A DNA stretch of 60,104 nt, counting the filler, from Sphacelaria rigidula (Eukaryota), in the NCBI GenBank assembly GCA_964200075.2. It is 6 parts of 6 records of this genome, joined end to end, with 100 filler letters (N's around TTAATTAATTAA, not from the genome) between each part and the next. Parts side by side here need not be neighbours in the genome. Positions count along the whole stretch, not along the records: positions 20,071 to 30,004 come from CAXNAA020007459.1; positions 30,105 to 40,038 come from CAXNAA020007460.1; 4 more parts are not named here. One strand, written 5' to 3'. The notes beneath the pieces were generated by a model. That model was not told the DNA's origin and did not search any database. It was given only the letters and a program-made list of their open reading frames with translations. Position numbers and translations under genes: made by a program. Of this stretch, positions 24,825 to 37,240 are shown piece by piece (position 1 is the stretch's first letter; every line of letters starts with the position of its first letter).

Positions 24825-27800
24825 ATGACTACTGACGAATAGTTTGTTGATGCCTCTTTCGCCTTCGATGTTGCTATGTTGCGCGCTCCGATGTTGTTCC
24901 GGCTTCTTTTTTTTTCCTCACATGGTGCAGAGAACGAAATCGCGTGCTGGCGCGCCAGACGCGGATGCGCAAAAAATTCTTTTACCAGGTACAACACATC
25001 ATTTTTTTTTCACGTCATGCTTCCATGTTGTACCACTCCCCTTGCTCGGAACGAGTCGGTAGTCCCCAGGGATGAGTCCATCACCCCCCCCCCCCCGCAC
25101 ATCACCTCTGACCTTTTGAGTTTTTGAGGGTTGGATCTTGGATCAGCTCTCCCGCACTCCGTCGAATTTCGTGAAATCACACGAGCTGGAACTTTTTCTT
25201 ACACCATGTCCAACAGTGGAGACCGACTATATCGTAGGTACACACAATTCGACATGACGGTCGACGAGGGAAAGGGACCGCTGAACTCCTTTCGCGGTAA
25301 AGAGTAAAGGCAAGCATCGCAGAAGGAAGATGGAGTACTGAAACAAAAATAATATAATGAAAACTCCTGTGTTGGCCTTTCTCCTGTGTGACCCCGGCTG
25401 ATGCGCCCACATATACCGAATGGTGTAGATTGGCGTCCAGACTAGATGAGATGGCAACACACGCACACACACACACACACAACTCCATGTCCCCACTTTT
25501 TCAATGACGGAAATCAGAAACGAGAATCCCCCTCGAATAAATTCAATACATTTTCATACATAGTTCCTCTGTGCCATATGTAAAGTCTGTTATGGGCGTT
25601 TAATCCTTTGGGTATTTCAACGTTGACGATCATACTATGGTTGGGTTCGTTAGAGAGGTGAAGCGCGAACGAAGCTGACGAATAAAAAAAAATCGGGGGA
25701 AAAAAGTTGGTTTCATCACTAGAATTATGTCGAAATATACTATATTTTGACCCTGTTTGATCCATTTATCCCCATTGACCGGTTTTGGACGTTTTCACGT
25801 CGAGCGCTAGCAGTTGCATGCTAACAAAATGTTCGATGGGGCGTGCGTAGGTTCACGTCACGGACATGTCCAAAATCAACGGTGGTTTCGCGATTTTCAC
25901 ATTTTCTGCACCATTTTTTGCGATTTTTCGTGTTCCCGGGTCTCTCATGCTTTCCTGGGAAAATGAGCGAAAAATGGCCGTTTTTACACCGACCTACTTT
26001 TCCTCGACTGCGCGGCTGCAAGGTGTTCCCGGGCCTCTCAAGCCTTGCTGAGAAAATGGTCGAAAAATGGCCGTTTTTGGACCGACCTACTTTTTCTCGC
26101 GCCGCACGGCTGCATGGGTCGAGTACTCACGTTGTGGAAATAATGTTGGTTTTAGCCCAAAAAACGCCGTCGAATGCAATAAAAAGGTCGAAAATCGAAC
26201 ATCACACCGTTGAGGGTCCGTGCAATCATGAGGACCTTTACTTACGGCACAGAGGAAGTATATATCTACTGGCATTCGAACTCTCAGCTCCGCCCTACTC
26301 GTTTTTGAGACGTACCGTTTTAATTTGTATCACCGGGGCGCGGGGCATCTGGATACCACAGTTTTGGTACAACTGGAGGAGGCATGCACGGGTAGAGTGA
26401 GCTACTTGAACGAGAATACCGTGTGGAATGTCCTCTCGCTGAAAACGCCCCGCTTCCACCACCCCGTCATTTGCGTCTCTGTTGTTGCTTGCCACGTGCC
26501 ATCACCACCGCTTGTGTCAGTCTTTGCTCCTGTTTTCCCTTATTTTTTACTCAATTTTTTCACCTCGTTGACTTTTGTCTTGCTTGCCTCACCCGTGGCT
26601 GTTCCCAACTCTCATTTTTGCCGGTCCCTTCCCTTCGTCCCCCCATCGCGTCCGCCCTACTGATTCTTAATCTTTACCCCCGTAACAACCAACCGTGACT
26701 ACATCAACAGTCCCTGCAGAAGCGAATGTCCTCCCTCCGACACGAGAACAGAGAGCTGAAGAGCATCCTTACCGAAAAACTGGGGGACGCGGCCGCCGAG
26801 GTAGTCTACGAGTGCACCTCCGAGCTTTCCCGGGAAGTCATGGCCGGCACAAAACACATACCGGAAGATGACGAGGAGATGGGCTTGGAAGATCCAGATT
26901 CTGAGCTGCCAGCTGGGGGCGGCGGGGGCGGCGGGGGCGGCGGGGGCGCGGATGAAAGCGGAGGGGGTGGGGGTGGTGGGAGTGGCAACCCTATTCGAAA
27001 GCTGATCAAGCCTGATTTTCGCCTCATGCAGAGCTTACAGCTGGTGCGTCATGGAATGGGAGGGTGGTGGGGGGGGGAGGGGGTCGAATAACTACCCTGA
27101 TTCATGTCACTACTCTCAAACCTTCCGATCATCCTGAAGGGTGGCCTCATTTGTTGCTTGCCTTAGTCGTTTGATCGTAAACCACGCAACCTTTGGAGAT
27201 GGAGCACTGTTCCTACTCCTATATTGGTAGGGGCATGTCCGATCTTTGGGCCCTCATTACGTTTCTTCCACCCACCATCTCGTGGTACAGCGATCGTTTC
27301 TTCGCTACTGTTTACTGTACCAAACGCTTTCATGCCACTTTTGCCTTCTGCGTACATTTCCCCTGGGGCATGGAGGAGAGGTGGGGGGAACTGTGATGGA
27401 GGAGAGGGCATGGAATGTAATCTTAGCTTCTCGTCAGTTGGAGCGTTTTATTTTTGTTCTTTTCGTGCCCCCAATCTTGTCTGTCGTGGACCGACGGGGT
27501 TTCGGTGTTTCACGGGAAGACGGTGTGTGGCTGATGTTTTTTTGAAACAAGATGGTGCTGAAGTCTCAGCTTCAGATATGCGTGCTGTCAACTTGATTGT
27601 GTAGCCGTCATCTGTTATCCAAAGGCGTGGCGTCGGCTTTTTAATTTTTCCCTCAGCCGTGCAAGTCTATCTGACTGCGGGTCTGCGTGAAAAGACTGAC
27701 GCCTGGAGCACATGTTCCAAAACGGAACGTCTAGTTTTTCAAAATGTAGATGAGAAAATTGCCCGTGTTGTTTTTCTTCCAACAGATTTTGCAAGAGACG

Positions 27801-29057
27801 CGACCTTCGCTCTCACTCGTACGCCGCAACAGCAGAGGCCCCGTCGTATATATTTATATCTATATAGTAACCGATTATGAGCGAGTAGAAACGCTCGAAA
27901 CCGCCGTACTGTGCGCTACTGTGTGTCATTTATCCCCCTCCACACCCCCTTCCCCTTGACGGGATATAGCTTCGGGACGATAGTGGTGAGGTGAATCAGG
28001 GTTCAAATCACAGTCCAAGTCTCGCGGGGGAGGCGCTGATAGAAGTCATGGTGAAGTTTGCGAGAAAATAACGTCTGTGTAGGCGTGCAGATACGTTGTG
28101 CACCGAATTACGGAACTAACCCCCCGTCCCCCCTCTTCTTCCGTTGACAGGCCCAGCAGAACTTCGTTGTCACGGAACCTTCCTTGCCAGACAACCCAAT
28201 CATCTTCGCCAGCGCTGGCTTTCTGAAGTTCACGGGTTACAGCAGCGAACAGGTGTTAGTGTGTCCTGTCCGTGTGTGTGTGTGTGTGTGTGTGTTTCCA
28301 CGTACTTTCCAAACTGGAATGCTATTCGAAATTGACTGTGACATACGCAATAGGAGGATGCCGCCGTGGTGACAGAGGGGGAAGGTGGGGGGGCGGTGCG
28401 GGGTAGGTTTGAGTGCAACCGCGACTGACGGAATATTTGTATTCGTGCGTACAAGACATGCTTTTTTTCCCCATTTCACTGTATCGTACGCCATGCTTGT
28501 TGATCGCCGCTATTGTCGCGTTCCAACGCGTGTGTGAGGTGGTCATACACGATGGCCATTCACTCGCAAATCGTGTTTTTTGGTTACCGTTTCTACTTCT
28601 TTTTCAATAGCCTACCTACACCCCCAGATGACTTTTTTGGGCAAAAGTCAGTAAATGCCCCCCTTCCCTCCCGTTCGTATAATATCCTGGTTGGTGTAAC
28701 GACGAGTAGGAGCCCAACCCAAGTTATTGGAGTTGGATTCGAGCCTCTCAGGCGTAGGTCGCTGGTGAAGTCATGTTGTTGGTTCCAAAAGGATGTACGA
28801 GTAGGGAACAGTGTATTATACTTTGCTGTGTACTATTGATATCGACTTGTAATGCGCCCCGGTCCCTATTTGCTCTCCCTCTGTATACTCAACTGTTTCC
28901 CCTCTCCGTTGTCCTCTTGTGGGATTTTTTTCGTCGTCGTCGTCGTCGTTGTTGTTGAATGCGTTTTGCTCCTGTCTCTGTTCAGGTCGTCGGGCGTAAT
29001 TGCCGGTTTCTTCAGGGGCCGGACACGGACAGGCGCTCGGTGGCGACCATTCGAAAG
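23260..29057 (+). CDS. AUREO: Aureochrome (bZIP-LOV blue-light-sensing transcription factor), 3'-truncated by the contig end
   Basis: Exons ~23260-23538, 23860-24182, 24931-24988, 26711-27043, 28151-28252 and 28986-29057 splice in frame. They give the bZIP RRRERNRVLARQTRMRKKFFYQSLQKRMSSLRHENRELK and the LOV [59 protein letters not shown]. The true start may lie in an upstream exon. Confidence 0.95.
25959..26113 (+). repeat. Direct duplication (~60 bp, 2 copies) inside an intronic repeat
   Basis: gaaaaatggccgttttt..accgacctacttt...cggctgca occurs at ~25969-26019 and ~26062-26114. Confidence 0.7.
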
Positions 29058-29404
29058 GTGGAGAATGAAAGTTTTGCAAGCAAGTTGCAAGATTGGAGTT
29101 CTCTCTTGTGTGTGCGTGTGTGTGTGTGTGTGTGCGTGTGCGTGCGGTTTGATGTTGTATTTCGGTACGGCATGTTCCGTAACTGTTGGTGGTTGATTTC
29201 CCTTCATACGGTTCTACTCCCTACCCCCCGCCTCCTACTTGGGACAAGTCTGTAGTCTGGCCCTGTACGTACCCCTGTAATTTTGTTACTGAGGATTGAG
29301 GCCAGCACTCGAGCACCACCGCCAACTCTTGTCGAATTTTTTCTTGCTACTCGTGTCTCACGCTGTCAAGCTCGGAAATTAGGTTCGGTTCGCAAATAGG
29401 TTCA

Positions 29405-29475
29405 GCTGTCGGCACTCGAACCCGTACCCCTCCGGCTTCACTTGCTACTGGTGTAGCACTTGAAACCACTCGGGC
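29405..29475 (-). repeat. tRNA-like (SINE-head-like) sequence
   Basis: Minus strand reads gcccgagtggtt (A-box-like) ... gggttcgagtgcc (B-box-like), but no full cloverleaf is evident. Confidence 0.3.
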
Positions 29476-29910
29476 GTGGCGACTCTGTAGTACGGGTGTT
29501 ATGGCATGACTTGAAACAGCATCTATATCAAGCGCAGATAAACCCTCACGTAGACCGCGGATATATGCTTGAGGCGGCCACGATAGCAATAACGGGGAAC
29601 TAAGATAGACTGACGGGGGCGGTCAACGGTAGGCGCGCTTCCATGCCCAGCACAGTCAGACCGGGCGGAAAAAACGTGGCTTCCACAGAGGCAGTGTGCA
29701 CCTCCCCTCTAATCTGCTTTGGCCGCGGAGGGGGTCTGAGTTTAAATAGGTGCCCAAGCCTGTCAGCTCAGATTGAAGTTGACGAAAGTGCTGTTTTTGT
29801 GAGGAGCTTTCTTGAATCATGCTTGTTGACTTGTCAACTTGTTGGAGTGCTGTGTAGATGTCTCTTTCAGTTTGTCAAGGTTGTAAGCCAATCATTAGCA
29901 GTAGCTCCTC

Positions 29911-29941
<31 letters not shown>

Positions 29942-30004
29942 TCCCCCCCCCCCCCCCCCCCCCCCCCCCTCCCCCCCCCCCCTCCCTTCTTCTCTCTCCT
30001 CCTT

Positions 30005-30104
30005 NNNNNNNNNNNNNNNNNNNNNNNNNNNNNNNNNNNNNNNNNNNNTTAATTAATTAANNNNNNNNNNNNNNNNNNNNNNNNNNNNNNNNNNNNNNNN
30101 NNNN
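30005..30104. other. Artificial contig spacer
   Basis: N run with central TTAATTAATTAA. Confidence 0.99.
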
Positions 30105-30649
30105 TATTTTATCATGTTTTATCCCGATTCCCCGATGCATACGTTCATATTTTCAAACTAGAACTGGTTCAGTTCAAGACCAAAAAGCCTCCAAGAGCTT
30201 GGCTCACCACATAAAGCGCGATTTCTTCCTTTATCGCTGATCCCCGTCTTTCGGCGTCGGCGTGTTTCCGTGTGAGTACATGTGTGCGATGTACCAGTAT
30301 TAAGTTTAGCCTAATTTCCAAGTGAAATACACGGCCGAAGGAAAGGACGATGGATACGGCACACATGAACCGAAAACTCTGAAAACGACCGTGGTAGTGA
30401 ACATTTCAAAATCGAAGCCAACTTTTATTTACCGTATCCCGTGACGTGCTACCTCTCGGATGGTACCGCAAAAATATGCAAGAGATAGATGTTGAAACAT
30501 TTCAGCGGGGTATTGATGTGAGGTGTAGTGTATACGTTTCCCGACGCCATACCCTCCGAGCCCCCCCCCCCCACCCGCTCCCATCAATATACTGCTTGAT
30601 GTCATTACACTTGTTCTGTTTCTCAATATGATCGACGCTCCCATGGAGT

Positions 30650-31740
30650 AGGGAGGATGGCGCAGTATCAAAGCGTGTCTGGCCTCATGTGATCATTACA
30701 CTAGCGCTTGCTGCAATGTGCAACCCGATGGTTGAACGTGAAAACAGGTGTAAGGGACGGAGGGCAAGGCACACCGTAGTCGATGAAGGCAGCAGTAAGA
30801 AGCGACCAGCTGTGCGTGTGCAACGCTCGGATGGCAAAAGACATTTACGACCAACCGTCTTCAAGCTCCCTGCTGGGAAGCACAATGCTGCAACCAGCAC
30901 TGTAGTGTCAGTTTGCACCTCTCCCTCCCAGAACAGGATGGTGACATTGGTGAATACAGAATCAGCAGGGCGGAGCAGCTGCTCAAGAGAAGAGCGTCGA
31001 ACGTGAGTCCTCTCGTCGTCCCACCTATTGCTTCATTTTTATTTCGGAGTCCATCACAAAGTAGAGATGTGAGAAGGTGGCGAACGAAGGGAGGAATCCC
31101 AAGTCGAGGCTCGCAGTGCCGTTACCGTTTGCTCCTCAGAATGTGTTTCAGACAGCCAAACCGGGATTGTCATAGCCGCCCATGTGCTGTCGTCGGTCAT
31201 GCTCACATATCTAGTTCTAGAGTGAAAGCTTGTTGATTACTAACTTGTGTGAGACGGGTCGAGCTAAGAACTATCGAGTGTGATGGACTAGGGCTCCACA
31301 GTTTGACCCACATAATCTGGTGGGCGGGCGTTGAGTTCCAGCGACGTCTTCTCCTCTGCGCCACTTTCATGTCAGTCTTCCCCACGCAGGTAGCGGACGG
31401 CGACAGGTCGGAACCAGCGACAGCCCAGAGGAGAGTGCGGCCGACGACGTTTGCGGTAACGCTCGCGCAGCCTTCAATACCCTGAAGGAGAAGACCATGC
31501 AAGTTGCAGAGAGGATGGCGTTCTGCAACACCAAAATCTTCACAAATCATGTGTGCCTAGCGACGGGAGAGGGTATGTTGTCGCAAGAGGACGGGAGGAC
31601 ATTGGTTGAAATGGCGAAGAATGCAGAGCATAGGTAGAACGGGATTCTTTGCCGTGCGAGAGGGCGTAGGTTGTACGGTTGAGCACCGGTGGGCGCATGT
31701 CAAGAAAGATGAGAACCAAGAGACGCGATTAACGTGCAAG
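30650..31740 (+). pseudogene. Decayed spliced gene fragment of unknown family, possibly transposon-associated
   Basis: Splice-like sites (30932-31002 cag/gtgagt, acceptor ending 31389, donor at 31741) bound protein-like frames such as ARAAFNTLKEKTMQVAERMAF...LVEMAKNAEHR* that are broken by stops or frameshifts. Confidence 0.3.
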
Positions 31741-34367
31741 GTAACGTGCTCATATCGTAATTACACCGCATAGCAGGGCTGAAGTATTTGACGTCCGTAT
31801 GTGTGTGTTGGAACCCTGTGTGATACGCTCGCAATCAGCACTTTCACTCAGTATCTCGATATTGCGAAACGATATATATGTACTTGACATGAACGGGGAG
31901 GCTGCCGAGGCCCGTGGCAAGCTCACTTTCCATATGTCGATATTCGTACGAGCATGTTGATGTGCACTCAGGAGTATGAGGCCGCCCATATATGGTGAAT
32001 CTCAAAGGGTGCCAGAGTAAGACGGTGCACGGAAAGCACACTGCGAGGAACCGGGAAGTGCAAACACACGAACATAGCGCTGGGTTTGTGCGTTCATGGA
32101 GATGAACGGGGGGCTCTAATGTGGGGGTGGATGCTGTGAAGGCGCCTGCGGATAGCTCTGATTTCCAGAGGCCGCGTGAACAGGTGGGGAGGCGACCAGC
32201 CTTAGCTTTTCTGCAGGAGTGGCCGGAAGCGTTCCGGCCGGAAAAACAATCGGGACTCCCTCAACCTCATGGTGGCAGTCCAGTTTCAACCACGAAAACC
32301 AGCTGGGCTGCGTTCAACAACGTTTTCGTTAAATCGAGAGTCGAGCGCTGATCGAGAGCGGCTTTGATCACTCGTTTTAACTTGGCCAACTTTTCATTCC
32401 GTGTGTGCTTTTCGTTGCCTTGATCACTTGCGTGAGCTCACAGCTACACGTCGATATCCTTCTCAGGAATATTAAGAGCCTCAGTGGCAAGCTACTACAG
32501 AAGGGATATTGGGCCTCGTGGAAGGGCATTTCGGAACTGAAACGATTTATTCACTTTTTGACCGATTTTCACTCTCAATCGTATCCTGTACTCTTAATCT
32601 CACGGAAACACTGTTGTACGTACAACAGAGCGATATATCAACCAAAGCTCACAGCATCGCAGGAGCGATGCAGGATATGAAAGGAATTGTTCACGCCGGC
32701 AGGTTTGGTAACTGCCAAGTTGCTGTACCGGAAAAGGCAAAGGTGGGAAGAATTGATCGGCAGTGTGGCATTAAGTGTTTTCGGCATGGAAGGTAGCATC
32801 TGGTGGGCCAGGCACTTGTTGACATTTTTCTTTACCGTAAACCAATGAACGTTCCTGTGCCATCGCGCGACGTAGGGTTCTCCCAATCATCGTCATGTAG
32901 CGTCTTTTTATGCTCGTAATCTCACCGAAAGAAGTGCTCGCTTTGTGAATATTATGCCCCGGTTCAAATCGCTTTAAAATTAAAGAATGGTCGATTTATT
33001 GTAGGTTGGTGGATGTGATGCTCGATACGAGCTGGGCTAGCCTAGAACCGTCTTTGTAGTTTGCAGGCAGAGTCATTCTCAGGTCATTTTTTAGAGTTGG
33101 ATACAAAAATTTTGTACGATGAGAACGTCATGAGAAGACAAAGTATGAATGGACCCAAACCTGTTTGGTCTTCATGGGTTAACGACATGTTACTAAACCT
33201 GAGAACTGATTATTTCCTTCATCTCATGAAAGAAAGGAAAACAGATTTTGGGGTCCATGCATACGGTTTTTATTATAATCTATTTGTTGTCCAAACCAAA
33301 TTTTTGGTCCAACTCTAAAACATGAGCTGAGGATGGGCAGTTTGAGAACCGGCCAGGTACAAATTCGGAACAATATTTTGCGGGCCACTTCCCGGCCCAA
33401 GTTTGGTACTTATGTATTGGAATTTTGTGTGGGACCTCGCTACGCAGGGCAAAATGAAGCAAAGCAAGTAGGTCAGGTGGATTTTTTTACACTGGTTTAG
33501 GACGTTTTAGTATGGAAAATACCATTTATTCACGAGAACGCGCTAATCTATCTCTCTAAAAAAGAGTGGAGGCCCACTTGTTTTTCTTCAGCATGCCTTT
33601 GCGATTTTCCATGCTCAGTTACAAATCATTATGCGCGATTTTACGCTGAAAAACTGAGGTAAGGTTCAAGAGCAATATTCACCTTATCTCAAAACTCTGC
33701 TAAAAACACGAAAGAAAGAAAAAAAATGTTATTTTTTCAACATTATGCACTAGCGGTTCTCCGTACGAAGTTATCAAGGACGACTCTCAAAACCTGAGAC
33801 GCAATATCCAGATTTAGTGTATTAGTGCCTGTGCTCGTAATATAGTGGTTTTCGTATGGAACCTTATGTGCGCCATATCTCGAGGTAGAACCAGGTGAAG
33901 GTGAGGGTACCTATCGTTTCCTCGTGCTCCAGGGAATGTCCACACCCAAAATCGGCATCCTCAGTATACATCCTACGGGGCTTCGTATATATTTTATAAT
34001 GGGCACTATATTCGTACGGTATAGGAATTACTAGACATGAGGCTTAATCAACGGGGAAAAAACGGCTCAGACTTTTGAGCCGATGGGTACCTTCCCCTTG
34101 GTACGACGATTACTACGATATGCTGGTCACGGCCCAACCCGTTTGTATCGATGAGATATTTCTCTGAGAGCTTAAACCCGTCTTTAGGCCGGATCAGCCT
34201 GTATGTAGTTGTCTCGTCTTTGTTTTTCATAAAAATTGATCACCAATTGTTGTCATTATTCTTTGTCTGACATAGGTTCTATTGTTACCATTGTTCGCAT
34301 ATAACTTTTCACAGGCACCGTAGGTAAGGTAGGTACCCGGTACAGATATTTGGGACATACCATACCC

Positions 34368-34760
34368 TACCGATACCGGCCCAATTGGGTATTTTCGAAT
34401 GTCATACCGACGATACCCACGATACCACGGTATTTTGAGATGTCAATACCTACCATACCCGCCTAGTCGGGGATTTTCAAATGTCGCACCTACGATACTG
34501 ACGATACCACGGCATTTCGAGATTTCGATACCTACCGAACCTGCCCAGTCGGGTATTTTCAAAATAATAGCTACGATATCCACGATACCACGTCATATTG
34601 ACATTTCGGTAGGTACCGTACCCGCTCAGTCAGGTACTTACAAAAGTCATACCTACGCTATCTAAGATATCACGGTATTTTGATATTTCAATACCTACCG
34701 TACCCGCTCAATCGGGTATCTTAGCAACTCATACCTACGATACCCACGCATACCACGGTA
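34368..34760 (+). repeat. Minisatellite, ~82-bp unit x ~5 (diverged dimer of a ~41-bp monomer)
   Basis: Units begin near 34368, 34451, 34533, 34614 and 34696 (taccgtacccgc..agtcgggtatttt...tacctacgatacccacgataccacggtattttga). Followed by CCGGTATATACCGG palindromes at 34769-34806. Confidence 0.9.
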
Positions 34761-36339
34761 TGGGATATCCCGGTATATACCGGGGATATACCCGGTATAT
34801 ACCGGACGCGATGCACTCTCCACGGTGCAGCAGCTGGTTCCAACTTGCGCAAAGGCCAGAAGTTGTCGGAGCAGGTACATCTTGTTTTCACAAGTACTAC
34901 TATATACCCAAATTACCCTGATTTTCGTGTTTGGATCAATTCGAATAAACTTATTTCTATTCCTTTGAGACCCTTGGGGCTGAAAAGACTTATACTGATC
35001 CTAAATTCAAAAGGTGTCCGTCCTGTCCTATCCCATCCTATCCGTCCGGACCTCATTACGAGGCTCCGAACCGCGCACTTTTCCCCCCCGAATTGATTCG
35101 AAGCCGCGCTGCGCGAAAAAGCCATCCCATCCCTCTTCTAACATCATTTGAGATGCGCTCAACAAGTTTCAGCTTCATTGGTGCTCGCGACGTTGTGTTT
35201 CGCTTCTGTTTCTGGTCACGCCCGAGAACACCCCCAATGCGATCCCTTTCGAGCAGAGCGAGTCTTGACTGAACTTCTCAAACTTGACTGTCGCAACTTC
35301 AATCGAGGAACTTTTGGAGGTTGGAGGCATCACAGGCAGCAACCGGCTTTGCGAATCACTTTAAACACCCTCGAGAAGGTTCAGCTTCATTGCTGCTTTC
35401 CTCGTTGTCTTCGCTTGTGCGAGCCGGCGTTATCCGTGGCTGAGGTGGAGGGGGTGTCAAAGTACGTGATCGACTTCCCGGTTCATGACCTCGCGAAGCT
35501 TTGCGTAGGGATAGAGGAGAGAGCAACCACGAACCGGCTAGGAAATCGAAGCCAACGTATATTAGGGTGAGTCCTCCCGTCAGACGGTGTAGAACTACAG
35601 ACATTGCCGACATCACCGCTGCCGAATGCGAGCTTCTTTGTGAGCAGAGTATGTGTATTTGTATCGTTGTAGTTTCTGTAGTGTATTTGCAAAGTACAGC
35701 AACTTACTGTGTGCGCAAGTACAGGTTGTATTTGTAACCTTGCACTACTGAACTGTCTGTGCTTGCAGAGCTGCGCGTTGCACGGCGCTTTGCACGGGGT
35801 TTGACGAGCGGATAAGAGGTGTTGACGCCGTACCCTGGTGCGATGATAATATTTCATGCCGAACTGCGCTACTGCCTGTGTGTATCATAACAGACGGTAC
35901 TGTACTATCCTACACTCTGCTGTCGCTGTACTTGAAGGGCGATGAATGGTACTGCACTCGTGAACTCTTGTCGCACACGGTGCACTGTTCTCGTAATGCC
36001 GAATGTATCGTCATGTATTACCACACGGCATTACCATGTACTGTGATTGTGGAGTGTACTTTACTGCATCAGTCCCTACGGTACCACGGTACGACGCTGT
36101 TTTTGAAGGATTATTCACTGCCTGCCTGTTCTTCGGCTTCATCGTGACACCAGACCCCTGCAGAAAATGATCCTCCGTGTACAGAACAATTTCAACAAAT
36201 CTGTGAAACCATGACACATAGGCTGCTTCTTAAAGACTGAAAAAAATACTCTCGGAGAACTGCCCTTTTGAACCTTTCATCACGGATTATTGGTGGAACA
36301 CGGGCCTTGGCGGATTTGGCCTCCTCGGAAACGTTCGCA

Positions 36340-36561
36340 ATATTTTTCACGGGGATTCCAGCGCGCTTGTCCGATCTTCCGTACTCCCAGTTTCACTTTT
36401 GGCTGGATTCTGGATTTTTCAATCGCCGCGATCGGAAAAAAGGCGTACTTTTTTTTTCTGGCAACTGGACGATTTTCGCAGCGACTGAAAAAATCCAGAA
36501 CCCGGCCAGGAGAATAACTGGGAGTACAAAAGATCGGACAGACGCGCCTCGTGAAAAATAT
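36340..36561. mobile_element. Fold-back MITE-like element (~220 bp) followed by a partial direct copy
   Basis: atatttttcacg...tgtccgatctt..gtactcccagtt...ttctggattttt pairs with aaaaatccagaa...aactgggagtac..aagatcggaca...cgtgaaaaatat. The left arm is repeated at 36579-36617. Confidence 0.75.
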
Positions 36562-36744
36562 AGCAAATCTTTTCGAGGTTTCACGAGGATTCCAGCGCGC
36601 TTGTCCGATCTTCCGTATGGATCACTCCTAGACACGAGTGGTGGATCGAGTGGGGGCGTTTCATCTGCGCCACCAGCGGTATCAAGTAGCAAGGTGCAGG
36701 TAATCGAATTTGATGGTGGTGGTCCCCGGGGTATCTTGCCGGGT

Positions 36745-37240
36745 ATCATCCCTACCCGACAGTCCTGTGACTTCTGTAAGACTTTCATACCCGTACCCGA
36801 CAGTTCTGTAGCTTCTGTAAGACTTTTATTGTCCTACCCGATATTTCTGTGAATTATGTAACACTTTCATCCCCCTACTCGATAGGTCAGTGACTTCAGT
36901 AACACTTTCATACTCCTACTCGATCGGTCTGTGACTTCTGTAAGACTTTCATACCGGTCCACGATAGTTCCGTGACTGTTGTACCCCCCCCCTATACCCT
37001 TACCCGACCGGTTTGTATCTCCTGTACACAAGGTTTACCCCTACCCGGGTCAGGGCATATCCTTGTAAAAATACCCGGGTGCGGGTTCGATTTTCTATGC
37101 AATCTTCATTCCTCACCCGACAAGCTCTGGATTGTCTGTAAGCCTCCTATACCCACCAGATAGGTTCTGTAACCCCTGTGCGAATTTCATGCCGGTACCC
37201 GTTAGTTCTGTAAGTCTGTAAGGACTCTCACACCCTACCG
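36745..37240 (+). repeat. Minisatellite, ~41-bp unit (6 tandem copies plus ~3 after a spacer)
   Basis: Consensus ~ tcatacccgtacccgacagttctgtgacttctgtaagactt repeated at 36745-36983 and 37105-37240. Confidence 0.9.

Noticed and set aside
34368..37240. CRISPR-like appearance of the 41/82-bp arrays
   Set aside because: Units are contiguous degenerate tandem repeats without unique spacers, there are no cas genes, and the context is eukaryotic.
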